From NCBI GenBank assembly GCA_009782565.1, contig WRIU01000012.1, positions 5,070 through 69,069 of the forward strand: 64,000 nucleotides of DNA, in the 5' to 3' direction. The notes below the pieces were generated by a model, which was given only the letters and a program-made list of their open reading frames with translations, did not search any database and had not been told where the DNA came from. The DNA comes from Betaproteobacteria bacterium. GTDB lineage: Bacteria > Pseudomonadota > Gammaproteobacteria > Burkholderiales > Rhodocyclaceae. The position numbers and the translations under genes were made by a program. This document shows, one piece after another, positions 20,002 to 29,273 of this stretch (within the stretch, counting starts at the first letter, position 1; every line of letters starts with the position of its first letter).

Positions 20002-21504
20002 ATGCCCGCCACCAAAACCACTGCTTCAACGGCTGCTGCCGCCGCCTTCGCCGAACAGACCGATTTCGCGGCCCTGCTCGAAAAAGAGTTCAAGCCCAAA
20101 TCGGACGAACAACGTTCCGCCGTGGAGTCGGCTGTACGCACACTCGCGCAGCAAGCCATTGGCTCTGCTGTCACTTTATCGGGTGACGCCTACCGCACCA
20201 TCGAGGCGATCATCGCGGAAATCGACCGCAAGATGAGTGAGCAGATCGACCAGATCATTCATCACGAAGACTTCCAGCAACTCGAAGCAGCATGGCGGGG
20301 TTTGCACTACCTCGTCAACAATACCGAGACGGATGAGATGCTCAAAATCCGTTTCATGAACATTTCCAAGAAAGACCTGCACCGCACCCTGAGGCGCCAC
20401 AAGGGCGTCGGTTGGGACCAAAGCCCGATTTTCCGCCGCATTTACGAAGAGGAATACGGTCAGCTTGGCGGCGCGCCTTATGGCTGCCTGGTTGGCGATT
20501 ACTATTTCGACCACTCCGCACCGGATGTCGAAATGCTTGGAGAAATAGCGAGAATATCCAGTGCCGCGCATTGCCCATTCATCGCCGGAGCCGATCCAGC
20601 CTTGATGCAAATGAAATCCTGGCAACAACTCGCGAATCCGCGCGACCTGACCAAGATCTTCGAGAACACGGAATATGCAGCCTGGCGCAGCCTGCGCGAA
20701 TCGGATGACTCGCGTTATCTCGGATTGGCCATGCCACGCTTTCTTGGCCGCATGCCCTACGGCATCAAGACCAACCCGGTCGACGAATTCGATTTCGAGG
20801 AAGACACCGGGGGTTCGGATCATCAGCGCTATCTATGGGTCAACGCCGCCTACGCAATGGCGACGAACATCAACCGCAGTTTCAAGATGTACGGTTGGTG
20901 CACAGCGATTCGCGGCGTCGAATCCGGCGGCGTGGTTGAGGGCCTACCCTGCCACACCTTCCCGACCGACGATGGCGGCGTAGACATGAAATGCCCGACC
21001 GAAATCGCCATTTCAGACCGTCGCGAAGCCGAACTGGCCAAGAACGGCTTCATGCCGCTGATCCACCGCAAGCATACCGATTCTGCCGCATTCATCGGGG
21101 CGCAGAGCCTGCAAAAGCCCATTGAATACCACGATCCAGATGCCACAGCCAACGCCAACCTGTCCGCGCGCCTCCCCTATCTGTTCGCCTGCTGCCGCTT
21201 TGCCCATTACCTCAAGTGCATCGTGCGTGACAAGATCGGTTCCTTCAAGGAACGCGAGGATGTCGAGCGCTGGCTCAACGAATGGATCGTCAATTACGTC
21301 GATGGCGACCCCCGCAATTCGAGCCAGGAAACCAAGGCCCGCAAACCGTTGGCGGCTGCCGAGGTCACTGTCGAGGACATCGAAGGAGATCCGGGCAGAT
21401 ACAAGGCCAATTTCTACCTGCGCCCGCATTATCAGCTTGAAGGGCTGACGATGAGCCTACGCCTGGTTTCCAAACTGCCGTCGGCCAAGGGCGGCACCGC
21501 GTAA
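20002..21504 (+). CDS. tssC: T6SS contractile sheath large subunit TssC (VipB).
   Basis: The protein is 500 aa with conserved TssC blocks (AWRGLHYLV, PFIAGA, MPRFLGRMPYG, ANFYLRPHYQLEGL). Confidence 0.95.
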   Translation: MPATKTTASTAAAAAFAEQTDFAALLEKEFKPKSDEQRSAVESAVRTLAQQAIGSAVTLSGDAYRTIEAIIAEIDRKMSEQIDQIIHHEDFQQLEAAWRGLHYLVNNTETDEMLKIRFMNISKKDLHRTLRRHKGVGWDQSPIFRRIYEEEYGQLGGAPYGCLVGDYYFDHSAPDVEMLGEIARISSAAHCPFIAGADPALMQMKSWQQLANPRDLTKIFENTEYAAWRSLRESDDSRYLGLAMPRFLGRMPYGIKTNPVDEFDFEEDTGGSDHQRYLWVNAAYAMATNINRSFKMYGWCTAIRGVESGGVVEGLPCHTFPTDDGGVDMKCPTEIAISDRREAELAKNGFMPLIHRKHTDSAAFIGAQSLQKPIEYHDPDATANANLSARLPYLFACCRFAHYLKCIVRDKIGSFKEREDVERWLNEWIVNYVDGDPRNSSQETKARKPLAAAEVTVEDIEGDPGRYKANFYLRPHYQLEGLTMSLRLVSKLPSAKGGTA

Positions 21505-21525
21505 CGCGCCTCTTCTTCGGCAAAA

Positions 21526-21561
21526 CCACGCCATACCTGCTGGTATGGCGCGGTTTTTTTT
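21526..21561 (+). terminator. Intrinsic terminator after tssC, possibly bidirectional.
   Basis: The hairpin CCACGCCATACC/GGTATGGCGCGG is followed by T8. On the minus strand TTTTG follows the stem. Confidence 0.6.
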
Positions 21562-21641
21562 ATACCCTTGCGGTCACCCCGCTCGCGGGAGCAAGTGAGG
21601 AGAGCAAACCACAAGGCGCGGATATCGATAAAAACCCTGCC

Positions 21642-22580
21642 TCAGCCGTCGGCGTTGATCCGCGAAATCAGTACCTTGAGAACGTCATCCGCTTTTTCGT
21701 TGTCGATCTGGCAGGTTCCCGCCGCCTCATGCCCCCCGCCGCCGTAACCGAGCATCAATTCACCGATATTGGTTCTGCTGGAGCGGTCCAGGATGGATTT
21801 TCCGGTAGCGAAGACGGTGTTCTGTTTTTTCAGGCCCCACATGACATGGATGGAAATGTTGCATTCCGGGAATAGCGCATAAATCACGAAGCGGTTGGTC
21901 GCATAGATGACTTCTTCGTTGCGAAGGTCGAGCACCACCAAGTTTCTATACACGGTGGAACATCGCTTGATCTGCTCGCTGGCCTTTTCGACGTGCTGGA
22001 AGTAAAGATCCTTGCGCTCCTTGACATCGGGAAGTTCTAAAATTTCATCGACGGTATGCTGTTTGCAAAAACCGATCAACTGCATCATCAAGATGTAGTT
22101 GCTGATGCGGAACTCGCGGAAGCGTCCGAGGCCGGTTCGGGAATCCATCAGGTAATTGAGCAATACCCACCCTTTCGGGTCGAGTATCTCTTCGCGGGTA
22201 AATTGGGCGCTGTCTGCTTTGTCGACCGCTCCCATCATCTCGTCGGAGATGTTGGAGAAAGTGGCCTTGCCGCCGAAGTAGTTGTAGACCACACGGGCGG
22301 CGGAAGGGGCTTCCGGGTCGATGATGTAGTTGTCGCGCGCCTCACCGGGATTGCGGAGAGTCTCAGAGAAGTGATGGTCGAACGCGAGATGCGCGCCAGG
22401 AACGTAAGGCAGGTTGGTAGTGATGTCACGCTCGTTGATATGGATCAAGCCGTCCTGCATGTCCTTGGGATGAACAAATTTGATTTCATCCAGGAGATCA
22501 AGTTCTTTCAGGAGCACGGCGCAAACTAAACCGTCAAAATCGCTGCGCGTGACCAGCCGGAATCGCTGCGTTTTGTCCAT
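21642..22580 (-). CDS. DHH/DHHA1-family phosphoesterase (NrnA/exopolyphosphatase-like).
   Basis: The start is MDKTQRF at 22580. Motifs present are DFDG, AFDHHFS (DHH) and GGGGHEAAG (DHHA1). Confidence 0.75.
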   Translation of the reverse strand: MDKTQRFRLVTRSDFDGLVCAVLLKELDLLDEIKFVHPKDMQDGLIHINERDITTNLPYVPGAHLAFDHHFSETLRNPGEARDNYIIDPEAPSAARVVYNYFGGKATFSNISDEMMGAVDKADSAQFTREEILDPKGWVLLNYLMDSRTGLGRFREFRISNYILMMQLIGFCKQHTVDEILELPDVKERKDLYFQHVEKASEQIKRCSTVYRNLVVLDLRNEEVIYATNRFVIYALFPECNISIHVMWGLKKQNTVFATGKSILDRSSRTNIGELMLGYGGGGHEAAGTCQIDNEKADDVLKVLISRINADG

Positions 22581-22713
22581 GGAAACCCCCGATGAAAAAA
22601 CACACAAGGGTTGATTAGAACATGGCATGCGCTTGGGACAGTGTATGGGCTCGCGCCATACTGAGTAACCGTTCACGGCAACCGCATCATGGGTGCGCCT
22701 GAACGCTTGGGCG

Positions 22714-23553
22714 TTACGCCCGGCCTGTATCTACCCGCCCCGATAGTTCCGCGCAAACAATCTCGATCATCCGTCTGGCAAGCGAGCCGGGATGCGGTTG
22801 GAGGGGCAAGCCATCCGGTCTGAACCAGCCCAAGTCTTCGATCTCGTCTTTCTGCGCGGCCAGTTCGCCGGAATGATAATCGGCGATGAAACCAATCATC
22901 AGCGAATGCGGATACGGCCAGGATTGGCTGCCGAAATAGCGGAGATTGTGAATTTCGATCCCCGCTTCTTCCCGTATCTCGCGGCACAGGCACTCCTCGG
23001 CAGATTCCCCCGCCTCGACGAAACCGGCCAGCGCACTGTACATCCCCGGCGCAAAACGCGACGAACGCGCAAGCAGTATCTCGCCCCCTTTGACGACCAG
23101 GCCGATCGCCACAGGCGAAATGCGCGGATAAGCCTTGTACTCGCAGGCCGGACATACACAGGCAATTTCCATCTGGCCGAGGATCATCGGCTGCCCGCAG
23201 GCTCCGCAAAAAAGGTTGTGCAGCGCCCACACAGCAAGTTGTTTGGCCCGAACGAGCGCTGCAAGAGGCCCTTCCGGCCATCGCCCCCAGAGCGCGCGGT
23301 AGTCGCCGACCGACAGCCCCTCGGGAATAGCGCGTTCGGAAGGCCAGACTTTCAGTACGCACTCCTGGCCTGCCAAGATTCCGAAACGAAACGTCCGCAA
23401 AGGCTCCCCCAATGCCTGCACGTCTTCCAGGCGCGGCAGCTCTGCGCCCGAATCAAGCAGCAAACTTTGCCCGATGAAAGGGAAAAGCAGCGCGCAAACG
23501 TCTTGCGGCTCCCCAGGGGCGTAAGCCGGTTCAAAATCCGCCCGCGCGGTCAT
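22714..23553 (-). CDS. nudC: NAD-capped RNA hydrolase / NADH pyrophosphatase NudC.
   Basis: A zinc ribbon (CGACG..CVCPAC), a Nudix box (GFVEAGESAEECLCREIREEAGIE) and the NudC signature SQSWPYPHSLM are all present. Confidence 0.85.
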   Translation of the reverse strand: MTARADFEPAYAPGEPQDVCALLFPFIGQSLLLDSGAELPRLEDVQALGEPLRTFRFGILAGQECVLKVWPSERAIPEGLSVGDYRALWGRWPEGPLAALVRAKQLAVWALHNLFCGACGQPMILGQMEIACVCPACEYKAYPRISPVAIGLVVKGGEILLARSSRFAPGMYSALAGFVEAGESAEECLCREIREEAGIEIHNLRYFGSQSWPYPHSLMIGFIADYHSGELAAQKDEIEDLGWFRPDGLPLQPHPGSLARRMIEIVCAELSGRVDTGRA

Positions 23554-24500
23554 GATGCCTGACGGTGAGGTTCGCTTCCGGCTCCTTCACTGGAACCTAG
23601 CAGGAAATCCCGGATGACTGCGATCTGATCTGCCGACATCAGCATCGGAGCATGGCCGATGCCAGGGAACTCGATGAGTTTGGCCCTGGAGCCGCGTTCG
23701 GCCATTTCCAGCCAGGTATCGCGCCTGAGCAAATCCGATTCCGCACCACGTATCGCCAGTACCGGGTGACGAATACGGTCAAATGCGTCCCATACCTCGA
23801 CATCGAGCAGGATAGGCATCATTTGGAAGGAATCGCCCAGAGCGAAGTCATAGATGAAGGTATAGCCCTCCTCGACAGCGCGCACGCTGTGACGGGTGAG
23901 ATGCTGCCATTGCTCGTCGGTGAGGGGGCCGTAAGAGGCCCCTATCTGGCGCATGTAGCCCTCGGCGGCGTCCAGGGTCGGAAAAACCGGAGCCCGCCCG
24001 ATATATTGCCCGATGCGCCGCAGCGATTCGGCAGTAATCCTTGGCCCGACATCGTTGAGCACCAACCGCCGCACGGGGGTATGCGGTTGCCCCGCAAGCA
24101 GCATGCCTATCACGCCGCCCATCGAGGTACCGACCCAATCGACATGCTCCACGCCCAGCCGCGCAATCAGCGTAATCATGTCCGAAACATAGAGCGGGAA
24201 GGTGTAATCGGATTTCACCTTCAGCCAGTCGCTACGGCCCCGCCCAACCACATCGGGGCAAATCACCCGGTAATCGCCGGAAAGCGCCTGAGCCAGCGCA
24301 TCGAAATCCCGCGCATTTCGTGTGAGCCCGTGGACGCAGAGCAGGACGTTTTGGTTGTCCGGGTCCCCCCACTCGGTATAGGCCATGTGATGCAGCCCAT
24401 GCGGCCCCATGCACTGAACGCGATGTTCGCGCATACCGAAACCCGCACGCGAAGGCATGGCGGGCTTGAACAAACGGCACAAGAATTTCGGAATGAACAT
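23550..24500 (-). CDS. Alpha/beta-fold hydrolase.
   Basis: HGLTRNARDF and the nucleophile elbow GTSMGG are present. The stop overlaps the nudC start (ATGA). The start codon is uncertain. Confidence 0.8.
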   Translation of the reverse strand: MFIPKFLCRLFKPAMPSRAGFGMREHRVQCMGPHGLHHMAYTEWGDPDNQNVLLCVHGLTRNARDFDALAQALSGDYRVICPDVVGRGRSDWLKVKSDYTFPLYVSDMITLIARLGVEHVDWVGTSMGGVIGMLLAGQPHTPVRRLVLNDVGPRITAESLRRIGQYIGRAPVFPTLDAAEGYMRQIGASYGPLTDEQWQHLTRHSVRAVEEGYTFIYDFALGDSFQMMPILLDVEVWDAFDRIRHPVLAIRGAESDLLRRDTWLEMAERGSRAKLIEFPGIGHAPMLMSADQIAVIRDFLLGSSEGAGSEPHRQAS

Positions 24501-24689
24501 GAAACGGCTATCTCTCTGTCATAGTATGGGCAGTCATTATACTCCGGGGATCAGCACGGGATTTTTACAAGGTTTCACACTTTTATTCTTTCTTCAAAAA
24601 TATATGCTGCTCCGTATACCCAACCGATATGGGGACGATATCGGCAAGGGCGGTGCTATAATTCGCATCCCTGATTATAAAAGAATGCC

Positions 24690-25139
24690 ATGCGTATCAC
24701 CCGCCGTCTCGAATTCGATGCTGGCCACCGCATCCCGGACCATGCCAGCCAGTGTCGGCATTTACACGGCCATCGCTACGTGATCGAGATCAGCCTCGAA
24801 GGCAGGGTCATCGACGCCCCCGGCAGCGCAACCAACGGCATGGTGATGGACTTCGGCGAAATAAAACGCATTGCCTGGGAAAAAGTAGTCAGCCAATGGG
24901 ATCACGCGTTTCTCGTCTGGCGTGAAGATACGCGCGTATTGGAATTCCTTGCGTCGCTACCCGGCCACAAGACAGTGGTCCTCGACATGGTTCCAACAGC
25001 CGAGAACCTCGCTGCCACCGCCTTCCGCATCCTGGATGCGGCCTATCGCGATACCTGTGGCAACGCACTACGCCTCGAACAGGTCAGACTGTTCGAGACT
25101 CCGAATTGCTGGGCCGACGCGACGCGCGGCAAAAACTGA
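24690..25139 (+). CDS. queD: 6-carboxy-5,6,7,8-tetrahydropterin synthase QueD.
   Basis: The sequence RLEFDAGHRIPDHASQCRHLHGHRY is the characteristic QueD/PTPS His/Cys motif. Confidence 0.9.
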   Translation: MRITRRLEFDAGHRIPDHASQCRHLHGHRYVIEISLEGRVIDAPGSATNGMVMDFGEIKRIAWEKVVSQWDHAFLVWREDTRVLEFLASLPGHKTVVLDMVPTAENLAATAFRILDAAYRDTCGNALRLEQVRLFETPNCWADATRGKN

Positions 25140-25159
25140 TGGAACAGAAGGTCCCTGAA

Positions 25160-25408
25160 TCAGTTGGGACGGCTGCCGACGCCACCGGAAGCCCCATTGG
25201 GAACAAACAAGACTGACGGCGACAGCCCAAGCGCCCCGGCAAGCTTGCAGATATTGCGTAGCGCAATATTGCGTTGCCCGCGTTCCACTCCACCTACGTA
25301 ACTACGAGCCAACCCGCTCTCTGAAGCCAAGCGCTCCTGAGACCATCCCCTGCTCTTTCTGATTTCGCTCAACCGCAACCCAAACACACTGCATGGATCA
25401 TTTAACAT
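25160..25408 (-). CDS. XRE-family helix-turn-helix transcriptional regulator (small, orphan).
   Basis: The HTH_3 pattern LRLSEIRKSRGWSQERLASESGLARSYVGGVERGQRN is present. I chose the internal Met at 25408. Confidence 0.7.
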   Translation of the reverse strand: MLNDPCSVFGLRLSEIRKSRGWSQERLASESGLARSYVGGVERGQRNIALRNICKLAGALGLSPSVLFVPNGASGGVGSRPN

Positions 25409-25581
25409 GGCCTTTTCCTCGTAAAAGGCAAAAACGCGGCCACGCAAACCTGCTGATCGGATGGGAACTAGCATGGCACACGCTATTAAAGAACTGCCAA
25501 GCCATTATATATCTTAATTAGTACGGATTTCCACAATAGACAAACGTAAATTTTTCACTGTTCACAACTTCACTACAGGGG

Positions 25582-26895
25582 CTAGTTTTCGCGCATCAGC
25601 GCGGCGGCAAAGAAACCATCCGTGCCATGAGCGAGCGGAGACAGGCGCAAGCGCTCGCCCGTACCGGGCGCGATGCCCTGCCGCACGAGGATGTCTTCGG
25701 CTGAAACGGACACGAATTCAGGATGTTCGGCGAGAAAGGCATCGACCACGTCGTCATTTTCCTCGCCCAGCAAGCTGCAAGTTGCGTATACCAGACGGCC
25801 ACCGGGACGTACCAGCTTCGCGGCGGCTTCGAGAATCGCCCGCTGGCGCGAAACCATCTCATCAATCGCGACAGGCGTTTGCCTCCACTTGAGGTCAGGG
25901 TTGCGCCTCAGAGTCCCCAAGCCGCTGCATGGCGCATCGACCAGTACCCGGTCAGCCTTGCCCGCAAGACGCTTAAGGCGGGCATCGCGCTCATGCGCGA
26001 TCAAAATCGGATGCACATTGCTCAGACCGGCGCGCGCCATGCGCGGACGCAGGCGCGCCAACCGCTTTTCGGCCACATCGAGAGCGTAAAGGCGACCACT
26101 GGAACGCATCATCGCTCCCAGTTGCAGGGTCTTGCCACCCGCCCCGGCGCAAAAATCGACGATGAACTCCCCCTGTTTTGGCTGTACGAGAAAACCCAGT
26201 ATCTGGCTGCCTTCATCCTGCACCTCGACACTGCCATCGAGGAAAAGCGGATGCTTCTGCAACGCAGGTTTTCCCATGAGGCGAATCCCGTGCGGCGACC
26301 AGGAGCATGGAACGGCGTCAAGCCCGTCATCCCGCAAACGGGCAAGCGCGGCATCACGGTTGAGCTTGAGAACATTGACCCGGAGATCGAGCGGCGCGGG
26401 CTGATTGAGGCTCTGCGCCAAGCGCAGCAGCCCTTCCTCATCATGCGTGGCAAGCAGACGTTCACATAGCCAGTCAGGCAAATCGGCACGCTCGGCCAAG
26501 CTTCCACCGGAGAGGTCAATCGCTTTCAGGGCTTCGATCCAGCCTCGCTCTGAGTCCGTCACCATCCCCTCGAACCGGTGCAGCGGCCACCCCTCGCCCC
26601 GCGCGAGCCAAGCCAGCAGTAATTGACGTGGCACTGCGCCGCCCCCGGTCAAACGGTGCAACCAGCGTAAACGGCGAAGGACGCCATATACGCTCTCGGC
26701 AATCAAGGCACGGTCACGGCGGCCAAGAGCATGATGCTCCCGGAAAAATCTTGAGAGCACCGCGTCAGCCGGATACCCGAAACCAAGCACCTCGCCCAGA
26801 GCCTGGGCGGCCTGCGTCAATATCGTTGCTTGCGTATCCCTGCCCCGCGCGGGCCGTCCGGTTTTTTTCACACCCTTCATAGAATTTCGTCCCAT
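25582..26895 (-). CDS. rsmB: 16S rRNA (cytosine967-C5)-methyltransferase RsmB.
   Basis: A NusB-like N-terminal domain is followed by the SAM motif DFCAGAGGKT and the catalytic blocks DAPCSGLG and YATCS. Confidence 0.88.
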   Translation of the reverse strand: MGRNSMKGVKKTGRPARGRDTQATILTQAAQALGEVLGFGYPADAVLSRFFREHHALGRRDRALIAESVYGVLRRLRWLHRLTGGGAVPRQLLLAWLARGEGWPLHRFEGMVTDSERGWIEALKAIDLSGGSLAERADLPDWLCERLLATHDEEGLLRLAQSLNQPAPLDLRVNVLKLNRDAALARLRDDGLDAVPCSWSPHGIRLMGKPALQKHPLFLDGSVEVQDEGSQILGFLVQPKQGEFIVDFCAGAGGKTLQLGAMMRSSGRLYALDVAEKRLARLRPRMARAGLSNVHPILIAHERDARLKRLAGKADRVLVDAPCSGLGTLRRNPDLKWRQTPVAIDEMVSRQRAILEAAAKLVRPGGRLVYATCSLLGEENDDVVDAFLAEHPEFVSVSAEDILVRQGIAPGTGERLRLSPLAHGTDGFFAAALMREN

Positions 26896-26913
26896 GTTGC
26901 CCAGGCATAGCGT

Positions 26914-27684
26914 TCAGTTGGATGAAGGGACATCGATGGCAATCGCTTCCAGGACGAGCGTATCCGATTTGTCATCGCCAAGAATGGCTCGCACCGGCAC
27001 CATGTGATGACCATACGCCAGCCAGAGGTCGATCTTCAGCTTTCCATCCTCGGAAAGGGCGCTGAAATGCCGGGTCGCAAAACGGCCCGCCGGCACTTTG
27101 AGGTCGACGTCTTGAAGGCGCACAACCTTGGCGCGGCGGGCATTCTTGTTGCCAACCACAAGCAGGTTATCTGGAAACTTATCCACATGGCCAAGCTGCC
27201 GCCAGATGCTGAGAATGTCCTGATCCCCCGGCGTCAGTTCAAAATTGTGCCGTTCCTTCGAGCCACGGCGGATACTCACCCGCCCAGGCTCACCAACCCA
27301 GTCGAACAACGCCATTTCCGGCGTCTTGCCCAGATGGATGACATCGAAGCGCAACGGACGCAAACCATTCTTTCCAATCTCCCCCTGGCTCAACTGCACA
27401 TAGTCGAGCTTGTGCAACATCGCCGCCATACCTGTCGTTTCCAACGCCAACCGCATCTGGTACTTCTCGCCGCCATGTTCCCACGAATAATGCGCCTGAC
27501 CAATGACCAAACCACCCAGGCCATAGGAGACGCGGTAATCAACCGCCCCTTTTTCCGGCCAAGCTGAAGAAGAAGCCCCTTTTTCATTGTCTGCCCGAGC
27601 CATGTCCGAAACCATCCCGGACAGAACGACCAACAGCGCGATACAAACAGCCGACATAGTACGAAGCGTCATCGTCAATCCCAT
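26914..27684 (-). CDS. DUF3108-family exported protein.
   Basis: It has a signal peptide and the purN/DUF3108/rsmB neighbourhood. The family call is from memory of that conserved synteny and sequence style, and the start is uncertain. Confidence 0.65.
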   Translation of the reverse strand: MGLTMTLRTMSAVCIALLVVLSGMVSDMARADNEKGASSSAWPEKGAVDYRVSYGLGGLVIGQAHYSWEHGGEKYQMRLALETTGMAAMLHKLDYVQLSQGEIGKNGLRPLRFDVIHLGKTPEMALFDWVGEPGRVSIRRGSKERHNFELTPGDQDILSIWRQLGHVDKFPDNLLVVGNKNARRAKVVRLQDVDLKVPAGRFATRHFSALSEDGKLKIDLWLAYGHHMVPVRAILGDDKSDTLVLEAIAIDVPSSN

Positions 27685-27688
27685 GAGT

Positions 27689-28342
27689 TCATGATTCAAC
27701 AACATCGAGTGGTGGAGAATGCAAGGCAAACGCGGCGGGACGGACACCGGCCACTTTGACCCGGCCACCTTCCGCAACGCAGAGTCGCCCTTCGACGAAC
27801 CAGCGCACGGCTTGCGGGTAAATACGGTGCTCCTCGGCCAGCACACGGCTGGCGAGGCGATCCTCATCATCATCGGGCAACACCGGCACAGCCGCCTGGA
27901 TCACGATGGGTCCATCGTCGAGTTCAGGCGCCACAAAATGTACGCTCGCCCCGTGCAGCCTCACCCCGGCCGCGAGCGCGCGCCGGTGCGTATGCAGCCC
28001 AGGGAAAGCGGGCAGCAGCGAAGGATGGATATTGAGCAAACGCCCTGCGTAATGCCGGACGAAATCTTCGCCAAGTACCCGCATGAACCCGGCCAGCACG
28101 ACCAAGTCCGGCGCATAAACATCAATGGCAGCCCGCAGGGCAACATCGAACTGGTCTCGGTCGGCATAATCGGCATGCGCGACAACCGCCGTTTCGATAC
28201 CCTGGCGCGCGGCAAACGTGAGGCCAGCGGCATCGGCGCGATTACTGACAACCGCCGCAATGCGCGCACCGGGAATATCCGCCCGGACAATAGCCTCCAT
28301 GTTGCTGCCCCGGCCGGAAACAAGGATGACAATGGATTTCAT
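27689..28342 (-). CDS. purN: Phosphoribosylglycinamide formyltransferase PurN.
   Basis: The N-terminus MKSIVILVSGRGSNMEAI is present, with LAGFMR and NIHPSLLP motifs. Confidence 0.92.
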   Translation of the reverse strand: MKSIVILVSGRGSNMEAIVRADIPGARIAAVVSNRADAAGLTFAARQGIETAVVAHADYADRDQFDVALRAAIDVYAPDLVVLAGFMRVLGEDFVRHYAGRLLNIHPSLLPAFPGLHTHRRALAAGVRLHGASVHFVAPELDDGPIVIQAAVPVLPDDDEDRLASRVLAEEHRIYPQAVRWFVEGRLCVAEGGRVKVAGVRPAAFALHSPPLDVVES

Positions 28343-28398
28343 GACGCCCAAAACAAAAATAGCCGGGCAACAGCACGGCACTAAAAAGATTCATCTGT

Positions 28399-28453
28399 TG
28401 GGGCGACATACCGGATTTGAACCGGTGGCCACTGGAGCCACAATTTGTCACCC
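28399..28453 (-). other. tRNA-like mini-element or tRNA 3' fragment: T-arm, acceptor 3' strand and CCA, with a partial complementary 5' strand.
   Basis: The minus strand reads GGGTGACAAATTGTGGCTCCAGTGGCCACCGGTTCAAATCCGGTATGTCGCCCCA. It contains a canonical T-arm (ACCGG-TTCAAAT-CCGGT), then ATGTCGC-C-CCA. No D-arm or canonical anticodon arm is present. Confidence 0.3.
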
Positions 28454-28642
28454 ATTACAGATAAATCAACAACTTACGCTAGTTTCCTATCTTTAATCGT
28501 TAAGATTGTACCACCCTGCAACCCGCGCTGCTGCTGGAGGAAGAAAAAATTACAGCGCGAAAAATGCCTATTATGCTCACTGGGCATAGGCCGCATCCTG
28601 AATAGCGAAGTCCGTCTGGTTATTTAATGCAATTACATTACA

Positions 28643-28684
28643 CAAAACAAAAAGGCTTGCAGGATTAAACGCCTGTAAGCCTTT
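28643..28684 (-). terminator. Intrinsic terminator downstream of tRNA-Lys.
   Basis: On the minus strand the hairpin AGGCTTACAGG..CCTGCAAGCCT is followed by TTTTGTTTTG. Confidence 0.55.
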
Positions 28685-28692
28685 GATTGTTC

Positions 28693-28768
28693 TGGTAGGG
28701 GCACAAGGGCTCGAACCTTGGACCTACGGATTAAGAGTCCGCTGCTCTACCAACTGAGCTATACCCCC
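28693..28768 (-). tRNA. tRNA-Lys (anticodon CUU), CCA encoded.
   Basis: The reverse complement GGGGGTATAGCTCAGTTGGTAGAGCAGCGGACTCTTAATCCGTAGGTCCAAGGTTCGAGCCCTTGTGCCCCTACCA folds as a 76-nt cloverleaf. The anticodon loop is CTCTTAA. Confidence 0.93.
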
Positions 28769-28870
28769 AAGAAGAGGCGCGCACTATAAACGATGTGGTC
28801 TTGTTCTACAAGCACGGGAATCGGCTTTTTCCGATACGAGCCCCAATCAACCCACAAGCCGGAAGCGCGT

Positions 28871-29263
28871 TTAACGCTTCGAGAACTGCTTGGCGCGACG
28901 CGCCTTGTGCAGACCGACCTTCTTGCGTTCGACTTCGCGGGCATCGCGGGTCACAAACCCGGCGGCGCGCAGATCCGTTTTCAAGGCAGAGTCGTAATCA
29001 ATCAGGGCGCGGGTAATCCCGTGGCGCACCGCACCGGCCTGCCCGGATTCGCCGCCGCCGATCACGTTGACCATGATGTCGAAGCGGCCTTCGTTGCCGG
29101 TGAGCACCAGCGGCTGACGGACGATCATCCGCCCGGTTTCGCGGGAAAAGAACTCATCGACCGGCTTGCCGTTGACGACGATATTGCCGGAACCCGGCTT
29201 GATGAATACACGGGCAACGGCAGTCTTGCGGCGGCCAGTGCCGTAGTTGTAAGTGACGGCCAT
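28871..29263 (-). CDS. rpsI: 30S ribosomal protein S9.
   Basis: The sequence runs [19 protein letters not shown]...[11 protein letters not shown] (130 aa). Confidence 0.97.
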   Translation of the reverse strand: MAVTYNYGTGRRKTAVARVFIKPGSGNIVVNGKPVDEFFSRETGRMIVRQPLVLTGNEGRFDIMVNVIGGGESGQAGAVRHGITRALIDYDSALKTDLRAAGFVTRDAREVERKKVGLHKARRAKQFSKR

Positions 29264-29273
29264 CTGCGGCTCC

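Noticed and set aside
28399-28453. The tRNA-like element as tRNA-Leu(CAA), tRNA-Sec or the tmRNA 3' end.
   Set aside because: Reading TTCAAAT as an anticodon loop leaves no downstream T-arm, because the sequence runs into purN. No long variable arm or 8/5 Sec geometry is present. The acceptor end does not resemble tmRNA.
28343-28460. The purN leader as a ZTP (pfl) or purine riboswitch.
   Set aside because: The three-helix shape is suggestive. However, the conserved ZTP strings (GACUGGCG, CCGCCUGGGC) and the purine-riboswitch junction nucleotides are absent.
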